Shown here in pieces: positions 44,291 to 54,286 of a stretch of DNA of 64,000 nucleotides. Every line of letters starts with the position of its first letter. Position 1 is the stretch's first letter. Source of the DNA: Lachnospiraceae bacterium (GTDB taxonomy: Bacteria > Bacillota > Clostridia > Lachnospirales > Lachnospiraceae). The notes under the pieces were generated by a model. The model searched no databases and was not told the DNA's origin. It was given only the letters and a program-made list of their open reading frames with translations. The stretch is from positions 2,057-66,056 of the forward strand of contig JAXDZY010000028.1 in NCBI GenBank assembly GCA_034086685.1, given 5' to 3'. The position numbers and the translations under genes were made by a program.

Positions 44291-45856
44291 TTACGGTTCC
44301 GCCTCATAACCGCTTCCCCAAATCGCATACCCTTTATCGGATAGTGCAGTAAAAGTAATCACATTTTTGAAACCGTACTGATCCCACTGCTTCCTGAAAA
44401 AGCCCCGGTATTCCACACCGCCCAGAACCAGCACTGCCTGACCACCCTCCTTCATCTCCCAGGTTCCTTCGAAGGCTCCTGTGATACTGTGATCTTCATT
44501 GAGGATAATGTCATCCGATTTCTGTATATTCGCAGTAATATTATGTAAATGATTAATGATCTTATAAGGACCGGGAATCATATCTTCCGAAGCAGATTCC
44601 GCCGGTTCTCCCGTATAGCGGTACGGGGATACCACAAACCATCCGTCTTCATTCAGATACATCTGATGAACTCGAACCTGATGCTGTTCATCCTTTCCTT
44701 CAAATCGGGTATGAAATACCAGGAAATATTCTCCTGTCTCATCATCCCGGATCGCACTGTTGTGTCCTGGTGACACATAGCCGGCACGATACTGCCCGAA
44801 TTCTCCTTCTGTATATTCAAAGCTGAAATTCCCCATCAGCTTAACACCATATTTTGCAGCAGCAGAATCATCAAAAGCGCTTCCCTGAGGACCTTTACAC
44901 CCTTCCATGTTCTGTCCTTCCGAATCATAATACGGTCCGTCCGGTGTCCTGGAACGGCACACACGGATGTTGTAACCTCCGTCGGAGGCCAGACCTCCGA
45001 AAGAAAGAAAGAGATAATAGTAATCCGTCTCAGGGCTATAGATAATATAAGGTGCTTCAATCCTCAGATGGCTGCCTCCCAGAAGCTTTTTGCCATACCC
45101 TGTTTCCAGAGGAAATCCTGTCTCAGGATCCATTTCCAGAATATAGATTCCTCCTGAATAGGAACCGTATACCATCCACAATTTCCGGTCTTTGTCAAAA
45201 AACACACAGGGATCCACCACATTGGGCTCCACTGTGGAATCATAAATATCCCCGTTCTCATCCGGTTCTTCCGGACTCTGGCCGGATTTCAGGATCACGC
45301 CGAGATCCTTATAGGGCCCCTCCGGCTGGTCAGCCACCGCAATACCCAGTGCAGATAAAGGACTTGTTCCCTGACAGTTGCAGTAATACATATAATACCG
45401 CCCATCCGCCAGCTGAATCACATCCGGTGCCCAGAAGGTGTCAGTCTGTGCCCAGGTAAACGCCTCACTCATCTCCGACGCGGCATCAGGGATAATCACA
45501 TTATCAGGACATACTCCCGAATCGATCAGTTCCCAGTGAACCAGATCCGTGGAACTGGCCGCAGCCAGATGAGAACCGAAGATGTAATACCGGTCTCCCG
45601 CCTTCATAATAGAAGGATCATGAACTGATACATCTGCAAAATCATAATCCAGAGCCTCCCCGCAGGTCAGAGTAACCCCTTCCAGATAATCCTTTCCTGT
45701 CTGACCATCTTCTGTCCGCGTCTTTTCAGCCTCTGTCTGAACCGTACGTTCCGTCGTATCGATGCTCTGTCCGCAGCCGCTTATGCAGGAAGCGGCAAGT
45801 CCGAAACACAGACCCATGACGATCATCTGTTTTTTTCTTTGTTGTTTCATCTCCAT
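44291..45856 (-). CDS. glycoside hydrolase family 43 lipoprotein (endo-arabinanase/arabinofuranosidase-like) with extra C-terminal domain
   Basis: 521 aa. Lipobox ISGCGQS. VHDPSIMKAGDRYYIFGSH, FWAPDVIQLADGRYYMYY and RIEAPYIIY are GH43 blades carrying the catalytic acids. Confidence 0.85.
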   Translation of the reverse strand: MEMKQQRKKQMIVMGLCFGLAASCISGCGQSIDTTERTVQTEAEKTRTEDGQTGKDYLEGVTLTCGEALDYDFADVSVHDPSIMKAGDRYYIFGSHLAAASSTDLVHWELIDSGVCPDNVIIPDAASEMSEAFTWAQTDTFWAPDVIQLADGRYYMYYCNCQGTSPLSALGIAVADQPEGPYKDLGVILKSGQSPEEPDENGDIYDSTVEPNVVDPCVFFDKDRKLWMVYGSYSGGIYILEMDPETGFPLETGYGKKLLGGSHLRIEAPYIIYSPETDYYYLFLSFGGLASDGGYNIRVCRSRTPDGPYYDSEGQNMEGCKGPQGSAFDDSAAAKYGVKLMGNFSFEYTEGEFGQYRAGYVSPGHNSAIRDDETGEYFLVFHTRFEGKDEQHQVRVHQMYLNEDGWFVVSPYRYTGEPAESASEDMIPGPYKIINHLHNITANIQKSDDIILNEDHSITGAFEGTWEMKEGGQAVLVLGGVEYRGFFRKQWDQYGFKNVITFTALSDKGYAIWGSGYEAEP

Positions 45857-45912
45857 CTCCTTCTTTGTTGTTTTTAACCTGTTTTTGTTCTATTCACGTA
45901 CTTTCTTTGGTT

Positions 45913-45967
45913 ATTATAACTCTGTTATTATATTTTTTCAATAATTATTTTAGTTTTTTTTAAAATA
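45913..45967 (-). promoter_or_regulatory. promoter A of the GH43-led operon with upstream inverted repeat TATTTTA-N8-TAAAATA
   Basis: Minus strand reads TATTTTA-AAAAAAAC-TAAAATA-ATTA-TTGAAA-N17-TATAAT. The inverted repeat is at 45946..45967, the -35 at 45936..45941 and the -10 at 45913..45918. Confidence 0.6.
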
Positions 45968-46135
45968 ATTCTCATTTCACTGTGCGTTTTATCTATTTTA
46001 TGTGTTTTGAAGACAAATAAATATGCAAAATTACATATCAGTTTTATGATTCTTAAAACTTTTTCTTATTTAATTTAGTTTTTCGCAAAGTAGCCACAAA
46101 TAATTCTGAAACGTGCGCCGCTAGGCGCACCATTT

Positions 46136-46171
46136 AAAAAGCACTTCTGAACAACCAGAAGTGCTTTTTTT
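46136..46171. terminator. bidirectional-shaped rho-independent terminator after GH51 copy 1
   Basis: A5, GCACTTCTG, a 6-nt loop, CAGAAGTGC, then T7. A second short hairpin, GTGCGCC/GGCGCAC, lies at 46113..46130. Confidence 0.7.
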
Positions 46172-46206
46172 ACTGTTTTTATATACTTTTTTTCAAATTT
46201 CTGTTT

Positions 46207-47715
46207 CTATCTGAAGGACACCTCAAGCTGAAGAACACTGCATGCAGGTATTGTAAATTTCATACCCTGATCAGTAATTTCCACCTGATCAAAAGCCCTG
46301 ATCTGAACATTCTCAGGTTCTTCAAACGTGTTCATGGCATGCATCTCTTCCGCTACGATCTGTCCTTTCACGCCGGCAATCTTTCCTGATGTAACAATTA
46401 CATCCATATCACAGGCCTGCTCCAGAGACTGATTGGTCAGAGTGATGTGCATGGTTCCATCTTCTGCCATGGATACGGACTCAGTCAGATTGGGCACCTG
46501 ATACTCATCTTCCATACCGATCATCTCTGTGTCCATATGGGATTCCAGAAGCTTTGCATCCTGATGTTCCTTATACATGTCGAAAATATGATAAGTAGGT
46601 GTTTTCACCATCTTATCTCCCTCTGTCAGAATCACAGCCTGCAGTACATTAACCATCTGAGCCAGATTGGCCATCTTCACGCGGTCGGAATGCTTATTGA
46701 AAATATTCAGCGTGATGCCGGCAACCAGCGCATCGCGCATGGTATTCTGCTGATACAGGAATCCCGGATTTGTTCCGGGTTCTACGGTAAACCAGGTTCC
46801 CCACTCATCCACGATCATGCCGATCTCTTTATCCGGATCGTACTGGTCCATAATGGTTCCATGTCTGCGGATCAGCTCATCCATATAGTAGGCCTTGCTT
46901 AAAGTCTTATACCATACCTTATCGTCAAAATCCGTTGCACTGCCCTTGATTTCCCATCCTTCAGGATGTACATAATAATGAAGGGAAAGACCATCCATAA
47001 AGCCATGAGATTCTTCGGGACAGTGATTAAAGCAGGTTTTTAATACCTCTTCTGTCCATTCGTAATCATCCACATTGGCACCGCAGCAGATTTTCTTAAT
47101 CGAATGCTCCTTTTTGTAATTTCTTACATAGGTCTGATATCTGCGGTATTCATTGGCATAAAAATCGGGATTCATATTGCCTCCGCATCCCCAGTTTTCA
47201 TTACCTACACCAAAAAAATCCACTTTCCATGCCTTTTCATGGCCATTCTGTTTTCTCAGCTCAGCCATCGGAGAAACTCCTTCAAAGGTCATATACTCAA
47301 CCCATTCGGACATCTCCTGTACCGTACCGCTTCCCAGATTGCCGTTGATATAAGTCTCGCATCCCAGCTGGCGGCATAACTCAAAATACTCATGGGTACC
47401 AAAGCTGTTATCTTCCACAACGCCGCCCCAGTGCGTATTAATAATCTTTTTGCGATTTTCGCGGGGGCCGATCCCCTCCATCCAGTGATACTCATCTGCA
47501 AAGCAGCCGCCAGGCCAGCGCAGCACCGGAACTTTTATTTCCTTTAATGCCTCAACTACATCTGTACGCATTCCATTAACATTGGGAATGGGAGAATCCT
47601 CACCAACAAAAATCCCCTCATAAATACATCTTCCCAGGTGTTCAGAAAAATGTCCGTAAATCTCCTTATTAATCTTACTTACCTCATGTTCTGGATTAAT
47701 TACTAATTTTGCCAT
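46207..47715 (-). CDS. abfA: alpha-L-arabinofuranosidase, GH51 (copy 1)
   Basis: Start at [11 protein letters not shown] (ATG 47715, RBS GGAGGAAG). [30 protein letters not shown] and [11 protein letters not shown] are GH51 signatures. Confidence 0.9.
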   Translation of the reverse strand: MAKLVINPEHEVSKINKEIYGHFSEHLGRCIYEGIFVGEDSPIPNVNGMRTDVVEALKEIKVPVLRWPGGCFADEYHWMEGIGPRENRKKIINTHWGGVVEDNSFGTHEYFELCRQLGCETYINGNLGSGTVQEMSEWVEYMTFEGVSPMAELRKQNGHEKAWKVDFFGVGNENWGCGGNMNPDFYANEYRRYQTYVRNYKKEHSIKKICCGANVDDYEWTEEVLKTCFNHCPEESHGFMDGLSLHYYVHPEGWEIKGSATDFDDKVWYKTLSKAYYMDELIRRHGTIMDQYDPDKEIGMIVDEWGTWFTVEPGTNPGFLYQQNTMRDALVAGITLNIFNKHSDRVKMANLAQMVNVLQAVILTEGDKMVKTPTYHIFDMYKEHQDAKLLESHMDTEMIGMEDEYQVPNLTESVSMAEDGTMHITLTNQSLEQACDMDVIVTSGKIAGVKGQIVAEEMHAMNTFEEPENVQIRAFDQVEITDQGMKFTIPACSVLQLEVSFR

Positions 47716-47813
47716 TGGTTTACTGCTTCCTCCATTAAAATATAGTAACTGTTCAGAGCACCCCCCCTGATCAGTCGCAGAATATAATTTTTTCAGGAAC
47801 ACACGGGTATCCG

Positions 47814-48734
47814 CTACATGGGAGAGTATTTGATTCGAACCTGAATATCCTGATTATAGTTACCGAATCCTGTGCCGAACAACGTAAGCCCGCCCACATT
47901 TCTGGCATCATCACGAACCATCAGTTTCAGACGGATCGTACTTCGGTAATTCAGATTAAGCTGACCGATATTTACATCAGATATCCGAAGACCATCAATA
48001 AAGGTTCCATCCTTGTTGATTACGATCATCTTCAGAAGGCCATACTGGTTCCAGTTGGGGAACCACCAGTCCGGTGTGAAAAGTCCGCGGACGTCGCCGA
48101 AATCCCCCGGACTTGTCCATGTGCCGATCTCCACATCGTTCAGAAGGAATGAAATATCGGAAGGCCAGTCGTTATTCACCCCGGGAGCTTCACTGCTGAT
48201 CTCCATGGAAATCGTAATCTGATCCACTTTCTGTGAAACAGGCAGAAGGTTCGGAATCAGATATTCCACATACCCTTTCGTAAACCAGAGTATCTTCGCA
48301 TTCACATGAGCCGGATGAGCAAAATATCTGGAGTCATCTACCACGCCTATCACCGCATGTATATCCGACAAACCACAGGTAGGGTATATATCAAAATCCG
48401 AGTATTGTCCCACAGGGACCTCTGCCTCGTAAATATTATGTTCCTCAACCTGTTCTTCCGCTTCCATCTCCACCAGAATCTTATCTACATCCACACGACA
48501 GATCTTCTGATTCCCATGTCCGCTGTACTCCTGCGTCACATTCACGATTCCGCTTTCTTCCAGTTTTTTAATATGACTTGTCAGTGCGCCATTTGTAATC
48601 CCCAGACTGCTGGCAAGCTCGTTCATGTTCATCGCATGATTTTTTAAAAGCAGTTTTACAATCTGTATTCGAATTTCCGATCCCAAAGCCTTGAATACCT
48701 TCAGGCCTTCATCAATATTTTTAATATGCAGCAT
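47814..48734 (-). CDS. ArsR-type winged-helix regulator with ~210-aa C-terminal beta-rich domain
   Basis: 306 aa. The N-terminal [49 protein letters not shown] is an ArsR/SmtB-like HTH. The remainder matches no family I can name. Confidence 0.7.
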   Translation of the reverse strand: MLHIKNIDEGLKVFKALGSEIRIQIVKLLLKNHAMNMNELASSLGITNGALTSHIKKLEESGIVNVTQEYSGHGNQKICRVDVDKILVEMEAEEQVEEHNIYEAEVPVGQYSDFDIYPTCGLSDIHAVIGVVDDSRYFAHPAHVNAKILWFTKGYVEYLIPNLLPVSQKVDQITISMEISSEAPGVNNDWPSDISFLLNDVEIGTWTSPGDFGDVRGLFTPDWWFPNWNQYGLLKMIVINKDGTFIDGLRISDVNIGQLNLNYRSTIRLKLMVRDDARNVGGLTLFGTGFGNYNQDIQVRIKYSPM

Positions 48735-48979
48735 TCTGTATCCCCTTATTATAATATTCAGCCCGCCTGTTCAGAACCGAACTAAAAAACACAACGTCGC
48801 AACGAGTTTTCCGGCACGGCACATCCGCTGAACAGTCAAATAATAAGATATATTATGCCACAACTTTTCCTAAAAAAGCAATACCTTCTTTAGATATTTC
48901 TGAAATAATTCTAATCCTTTCGCTCATCCCGGCAGACATCCTAAAGTATTAAAGGAATACCCTGCACTTCCTTGGTGAT

Positions 48980-49034
48980 ATAATACCATCCTTCCGGGAA
49001 AATTTCAATATGTATTTTATATTTTTTTAAAATA
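48980..49034 (-). promoter_or_regulatory. promoter C (upstream of the ArsR-like regulator/GH51) with the same inverted repeat
   Basis: Minus strand reads TATTTTA-AAAAAATA-TAAAATA-CATA-TTGAAA-N17-TATTAT. The inverted repeat is at 49013..49034, the -35 at 49003..49008 and the -10 at 48980..48985. This leaves a leader of about 240 nt. Confidence 0.5.
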
Positions 49035-49140
49035 TTTTTTTATTATCTAAATATTTGAACCGATTGAATTTTCTCATTCTATTCTGCAGTTTTTTTCAGA
49101 AAAAAACATTACAACAGCTCCCTCCCCGCCAGTACCTGCC

Positions 49141-49177
49141 AAAAAAACGCACAATTACTTTTTTCATAATTGTGCGT
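49141..49177 (-). terminator. rho-independent terminator of the ara/tkt operon
   Basis: 10-bp stem ACGCACAATT (49147..49156) / AATTGTGCGT (49168..49177), followed on the minus strand by a T-tract (plus-strand A7 at 49141..49147). Confidence 0.75.
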
Positions 49178-49263
49178 TCCATTTTAATTTATATCAGGAA
49201 GTCCATTCAGCCTGAAGAGGCATTTTTCCATCAGATTTCCCAAAATTACATGATAAAATCATC

Positions 49264-50211
49264 TCAGCCGATTTCCAGCTCTTTTTTAATTTTTTCAAAA
49301 ATGCCATCTGCATCCAGACCGTATTTCTTAATCAGTTCCACAGCGGGACCGGATTCGCCGAATACATCTTCCATGCCGATCTTCAGTACCGGTACGGGAT
49401 TTTTCCGTACTACACAGTCGCATACTGCACTTCCCAGTCCGCCGATCACGGAATGTTCTTCCACAGTCACGATTCTTCCGGTTTCCCGGGCAGCTTTCAG
49501 GATCAGCTCTTCATCCAGAGGCTTGATGGTATGGATATTAATGACTCCGGCACTGATCCCTGCCTTTTCCAGCATCTCTGCAGCTGCCAGACTCTCCGAT
49601 ACGCACAGTCCGGTAGCAACAATGGTCAGATCCTTTCCTTCCCTCAGTGTAACTCCTTTGCCGATCTCAAATTTATAATCCGGGCGGTCGTTGATCACCG
49701 GTACTGCCAGTCTGCCGAAGCGCAGGTATACAGGTCCTTCCATCTCGTAAGCCGCTTCCACTGCTGCTCTTGCTTCCACGTCATCACTGGGGTTGATTAC
49801 GGTCATTCCGGGGATGGTGCGCATGAGGGCAATATCTTCATTACACTGATGCGTTGCTCCGTCTTCCCCTACGGAGATTCCCGCATGGGTGGCACCGATC
49901 TTTACATTCAGGTGGGGATATCCGATGGAGTTTCTCACCTGCTCAAAGGCACGTCCCGCCGCGAACATGGCAAAGCTGCTGGCAAAGGGCACCATTCCTG
50001 TGGTGGCAAGTCCCGCTGCTATTCCCATCATGTTGGATTCCGCGATACCGCAGTCGATATGTCTTTCCGGAAATTCCTTCTTGAAGATACCGGTTTTGGT
50101 AGCTGCTGCCAGATCCGCATCCAGTACTACAAGATCATCATGCTTCCTGCCCAGCTCTGCCAGGGCTTTTCCGTAGCTCTCTCTGGTAGCGATCTTTTTT
50201 ACTTCTGACAT
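49264..50211 (-). CDS. transketolase, C-terminal (pyrimidine-binding) subunit
   Basis: 315 aa. ATRESYGKALAELG...DCGIAESNMMGIAAGLA is typical of the split-transketolase B subunit. Confidence 0.9.
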   Translation of the reverse strand: MSEVKKIATRESYGKALAELGRKHDDLVVLDADLAAATKTGIFKKEFPERHIDCGIAESNMMGIAAGLATTGMVPFASSFAMFAAGRAFEQVRNSIGYPHLNVKIGATHAGISVGEDGATHQCNEDIALMRTIPGMTVINPSDDVEARAAVEAAYEMEGPVYLRFGRLAVPVINDRPDYKFEIGKGVTLREGKDLTIVATGLCVSESLAAAEMLEKAGISAGVINIHTIKPLDEELILKAARETGRIVTVEEHSVIGGLGSAVCDCVVRKNPVPVLKIGMEDVFGESGPAVELIKKYGLDADGIFEKIKKELEIG

Positions 50212-51038
50212 AATTTTCTGCCCTCCTCTTCCAGCTCCTCCATAGCCTGCTTAAACTGTTCATCATTGGGTGCAGTGCCGTGCCATGATGCCTGATCCTC
50301 CATAAAGGATACTCCTTTGCCTTTTACCGTCTTCATGATGATGGCCGTGGGCACACCCTTTGTTTCCCGTGCTTCCTTAAATGCCGCAGCCAGCTGTTCA
50401 AAATCATTGCCGTCTGCCACATTGATCACATGGAAGCCGAATGCTGCAAATTTCTCATCGATGGGGTAGGGGGAGCATACATCTTCCACCCTGCCGTCGA
50501 TCTGCAGACCGTTGTTGTCCACGATAAATACCAGGTTATCCAGTTTCTTTGCCGCAGCAAACATGGCTGCTTCCCATACCTGTCCTTCCTGGATCTCTCC
50601 GTCACCGAAAAGACAGTAGGTGCGGTAGGATTTTCCACGCAGCTTTGCGGAAAGTGCCATGCCCGCTGCTGCGGAACCGCCCTGGCCCAGGGAGCCGCTG
50701 GACATATCCACGCCGGGGATATGTTTTCTGTCAGGATGTCCCTGCAGGTAGGAACCGGTGTGGCGCAGGGTTTCCATATCCTCCATGGGGAAGAAACCTC
50801 TTTCTGCCAGTACTGCATAATAACCGGGAGCGGTGTGGCCCTTGGACAGCACAAAACGGTCTCTGTCGGGATCCCTGGGATTTTTGGGATCCACATTCAT
50901 CTCTTCCATGTATAAATAAGTAAATAATTCCGCTGCAGACAGGGATCCGCCCGGATGGCCGGATTTTGCTGCATGGACACCGCGGATAATACCTTTCCGC
51001 ACTTCATTTGCATGATATTTCAGTTCTAATAAATTCAT
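50199..51038 (-). CDS. transketolase, N-terminal (TPP-binding) subunit
   Basis: 279 aa. SGHPGGSLSAAE, LSKGHTAPGYY and GDGEIQEGQVWEA. Overlaps the C-terminal subunit gene by 13 nt. Confidence 0.9.
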   Translation of the reverse strand: MNLLELKYHANEVRKGIIRGVHAAKSGHPGGSLSAAELFTYLYMEEMNVDPKNPRDPDRDRFVLSKGHTAPGYYAVLAERGFFPMEDMETLRHTGSYLQGHPDRKHIPGVDMSSGSLGQGGSAAAGMALSAKLRGKSYRTYCLFGDGEIQEGQVWEAAMFAAAKKLDNLVFIVDNNGLQIDGRVEDVCSPYPIDEKFAAFGFHVINVADGNDFEQLAAAFKEARETKGVPTAIIMKTVKGKGVSFMEDQASWHGTAPNDEQFKQAMEELEEEGRKLCQK

Positions 51039-51064
51039 TGCTGCTCCTTCCAGTATTATTATTA

Positions 51065-51718
51065 TTATTCTCCGAAAACAGCTCTGTAATCCTGCTGGAA
51101 TTTTTCGATTCCGGCATCAGTCAGAGGATGTTTTGTCATCTGTTCAATTACTTTATAAGGAACTGTTGCAATATGGGCGCCGGCCAGTGCACAGTCCGTT
51201 ACATGGATGGGATTGCGTACACTTGCAGCAATGATCTGCGTCTCCAGACCTGCCACATCAAAAATCTGAGCGATTTCTGAGATCAGATCCACGCCGCGTA
51301 CATTGATATCGTCCAGACGTCCCAGGAAAGGAGATACGTAAGTGGCTCCTGCTCTTGCAGCCAGCAGTGCCTGATTAGCTGTAAAGATCAGGGTCACATT
51401 GGTCTTGATTCCTTCGGAAGAAAGCACCCTGCATGCCTTCAGGCCTTCCACGGTCATGGGGATCTTAACCACCATGTTCGGATGAATTGCAGCGATCTCT
51501 CTGCCTTCTCTGATCATGCCTTCTGCATCCACAGTCGTTGCTTTTACTTCGCCGCTGATGGGACCATCCACAATGTCTGTAATTTCTTTGATTACTTCTT
51601 TAAAATCTCTTCCTTCTTTTGCGATCAGGGAAGGATTGGTGGTAACACCGCAGATCACACCCATGTCATTGGCTTTTCTGATATCCTCCACATTCGCTGT
51701 ATCAATAAAAAATTTCAT
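51065..51718 (-). CDS. transaldolase / fructose-6-phosphate aldolase (short type 3B)
   Basis: Start at [13 protein letters not shown] (ATG 51718, RBS GGAGGAAAA). GVTTNPSL and VVKIPMT carry the Schiff-base Lys. Confidence 0.9.
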   Translation of the reverse strand: MKFFIDTANVEDIRKANDMGVICGVTTNPSLIAKEGRDFKEVIKEITDIVDGPISGEVKATTVDAEGMIREGREIAAIHPNMVVKIPMTVEGLKACRVLSSEGIKTNVTLIFTANQALLAARAGATYVSPFLGRLDDINVRGVDLISEIAQIFDVAGLETQIIAASVRNPIHVTDCALAGAHIATVPYKVIEQMTKHPLTDAGIEKFQQDYRAVFGE

Positions 51719-51760
51719 CTGATTTTCCTCCAAATTTCAGATCTGAAACCTGATTCCAGA

Positions 51761-53362
51761 TTATTTCAGGCTTTCGGTTGCCGCTTTCTCAATAGCAAGA
51801 CCTGCTTTATATCGTTCGATAAATACGTTGAATCCTTCCACATCTTCCTTATCCGGGACAACCTGTACGCTTTCCGCTCCGCAGAATACTCTGTTTTCCA
51901 GATAATCGCTGAGTGATTCACCTTCTTCTTTCTGAAGCATATAGGAAGCAAGAACAGCGATTCCCCACGCGCCGCCTTCTCCTGCTGTCTTCATTACAGA
52001 CACGGGAGTATTCAGAGCAGCTGCCAGAATCTTCTGACCAACGCCTTCGGTCTTGAACAGGCCGCCATGACCCCAGATTACATCCACCTGAACACCTTCT
52101 TCACCCAGCAGCAGGTCATTACCCACTTTGATTGCAGACAAAGAGGTATACAGATGAGTTCTCATGAAGTTTGCCAGATTGAAATTACAGTTCTGTTCAC
52201 GTACAAACAGCGGTCTCCCCTCTGAGAAATGAGTAATATGTTCTCCTGAGAAATAATTGTATGCCAGCAGGCCGCCGCAATCTTTATCACCTTCCAGTGC
52301 TTTCCGGTAAAGGCCGCCATACAGGTCATTCATGTCAATATCCACATGGAACAGATCACAGAATTCTTTAAACACGGATACCCATGCATTCAGATCGGAT
52401 GTACAGTTGTTGCAGTGTACCATGGCAACGGAATTTCCTTCCGGCGTGGTCACAATATCGATTTCCGGATACAGTTTCGAAAGCTTCTTCTCCAGAACGA
52501 TCATGGAAAATACGGAAGTACCTGCGGAAACGTTACCCGTACGAACCTTTACACTGTTGGTTGCCACCATACCGGTACCTGCATCACCTGCAGGAGGGCA
52601 CATGGGAATGCCGGGCTTCAGTGTACCGGTGGGATCCAGAAGCTTTGCACCCTTCTCTGTCAGACGTCCTGCTTCTTCACCTGCCTGAAGCACTCTGGGA
52701 AGAATCTGCTCAATCTTCCAGGGATAATTGCGGTCAGCAACCTTCTGATCGAACTTCTCCAGCATATCTGTATAATAATATTTTGTTTCGGGATCAATGG
52801 GGAACATACCGGACGCATCATCAATGCCCAGTACCTTTTCTCCGGTCAGTGCCCAGTGTACATAACCTGCCAGTGTGGTAAAGAATGTAATATCCTTTAC
52901 ATGAGGCTCATTATTTAAAATAGCCTGGTACAGATGAGCAATGCTCCAACGCTGAGGAATCTGATGATTGAACAGTTCCATCAGCTCCACCGTAGCCGGC
53001 TCCGTCATGGTGTTTCTCCATGTACGGAAAGGCACCAGAAGCTGATCATCCTTATCAAAAGGCAGATAACCATGCATCATGGCGCTGACACCAATGCCCC
53101 CGATGGTTTCAATCTCCACGCCATACTTTGCGCGAACATCCTCTTTCAGATTTTTATAGCAATCCTGAAGTCCGTTCCAGATATCATCCAGATGATAAGT
53201 CCAGATACCGTCTTCCAGGCGATTTTCCCAGGAATGATCTCCTGTTGCCAGTAATTCATTTTTATCGCTTAATAACACACCTTTGATTCTGGTCGAACCA
53301 AATTCAATACCGAGAACTGTTTTTCCCTCTTTAATCAGGGTCTGTACGGTACAATTACCCAC
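51761..53362 (-). CDS. FGGY-family carbohydrate kinase, probable L-ribulokinase
   Basis: GTG start at 53362, 6 nt after [24 protein letters not shown] is the FGGY N-terminal motif. Lies between araD and the pentose-phosphate genes. Confidence 0.75.
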   Translation of the reverse strand: MGNCTVQTLIKEGKTVLGIEFGSTRIKGVLLSDKNELLATGDHSWENRLEDGIWTYHLDDIWNGLQDCYKNLKEDVRAKYGVEIETIGGIGVSAMMHGYLPFDKDDQLLVPFRTWRNTMTEPATVELMELFNHQIPQRWSIAHLYQAILNNEPHVKDITFFTTLAGYVHWALTGEKVLGIDDASGMFPIDPETKYYYTDMLEKFDQKVADRNYPWKIEQILPRVLQAGEEAGRLTEKGAKLLDPTGTLKPGIPMCPPAGDAGTGMVATNSVKVRTGNVSAGTSVFSMIVLEKKLSKLYPEIDIVTTPEGNSVAMVHCNNCTSDLNAWVSVFKEFCDLFHVDIDMNDLYGGLYRKALEGDKDCGGLLAYNYFSGEHITHFSEGRPLFVREQNCNFNLANFMRTHLYTSLSAIKVGNDLLLGEEGVQVDVIWGHGGLFKTEGVGQKILAAALNTPVSVMKTAGEGGAWGIAVLASYMLQKEEGESLSDYLENRVFCGAESVQVVPDKEDVEGFNVFIERYKAGLAIEKAATESLK

Positions 53363-53525
53363 GTTATTAACCTCCTTAGAAAAATATCTCCTGTAAAATA
53401 ACAGAAAACTCTTCTTCCTGTTATTTAAAACAGACCTGTTTGGCAACAGGCCTGTCATTTCGCAATCCTGTTAGTGCCTCATCGCAGCCACGCCTGCATT
53501 ATCCGCCTGAGGGCGGAAGCCGTTT

Positions 53526-54227
53526 TTATTTCTTTGTCTGGCCGTAATAGGCATTTGCACCATGTTTTCTGTAATAATGCTTATCCTGCAGTTCCTGAGG
53601 GGCGGGTTTTACATCGGGATTGATCATCTCGCACCATGCAGCCATCTTTGCACACTCTTCAGCAACCACTGCATTGTGAACTGCATCATGAGCATTTTTA
53701 CCCCAGGTAAATACGCCGTGATTTTTGCAGAGATCAGCGGGAGTAGCTACGGGATCACGATGATTTGCATCAAAATCATCTGCAATCAGGATACCGGTAT
53801 TCAATTCATATGCTTCATCAATTTCTTCCTTTGTCAGATTTCTTACGCAGGGAATCTCTCCGTAAATATAATCCGCATGTGTGGTTCCATAGCAGGGAAC
53901 TGCTCTTCCCGCCTGTGCCCAGCTGGTAGCCCAGGGAGAATGTGTATGTACAACACCGCTGATTCCGGGGAAACGATTGTACAGAACCATATGGGTCGCC
54001 GTATCGGAAGAAGGATTGTAATCACCTTCCACCTTATTGCCTTTCAGATCCACAACAACCATATCTTCCGGGCGAAGCTCATCATATTCCACACCACTGG
54101 GTTTGATAACAAATAATCCGCTTTCTCTGTCAATTCCGCTGACATTGCCCCATGTGAATGTAATCAGGTTATATTTAGGAAGAAGCATATTTGCTTCGTA
54201 TACTTCGATTTTTAACTGTTCTAACAT
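53526..54227 (-). CDS. araD: L-ribulose-5-phosphate 4-epimerase
   Basis: 233 aa. FTWGNVSGIDRE, VIKPSGV and GVVHTHSPWATSWAQAG are class II aldolase/AraD motifs. Confidence 0.9.
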   Translation of the reverse strand: MLEQLKIEVYEANMLLPKYNLITFTWGNVSGIDRESGLFVIKPSGVEYDELRPEDMVVVDLKGNKVEGDYNPSSDTATHMVLYNRFPGISGVVHTHSPWATSWAQAGRAVPCYGTTHADYIYGEIPCVRNLTKEEIDEAYELNTGILIADDFDANHRDPVATPADLCKNHGVFTWGKNAHDAVHNAVVAEECAKMAAWCEMINPDVKPAPQELQDKHYYRKHGANAYYGQTKK

Positions 54228-54286
54228 GTTCGCTCTTCTTTCTTAAAATATTGGAAAATATCTGATTTCAGTAACCCTGCGCGGCT

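Noticed and set aside
49055-49678. 207-aa plus-strand ORF spanning the intergenic region and the end of the transketolase gene
   Set aside because: It is low-complexity (S/P/F/I-rich). It begins in AT-rich promoter/terminator DNA and then runs antisense to a clear transketolase subunit.
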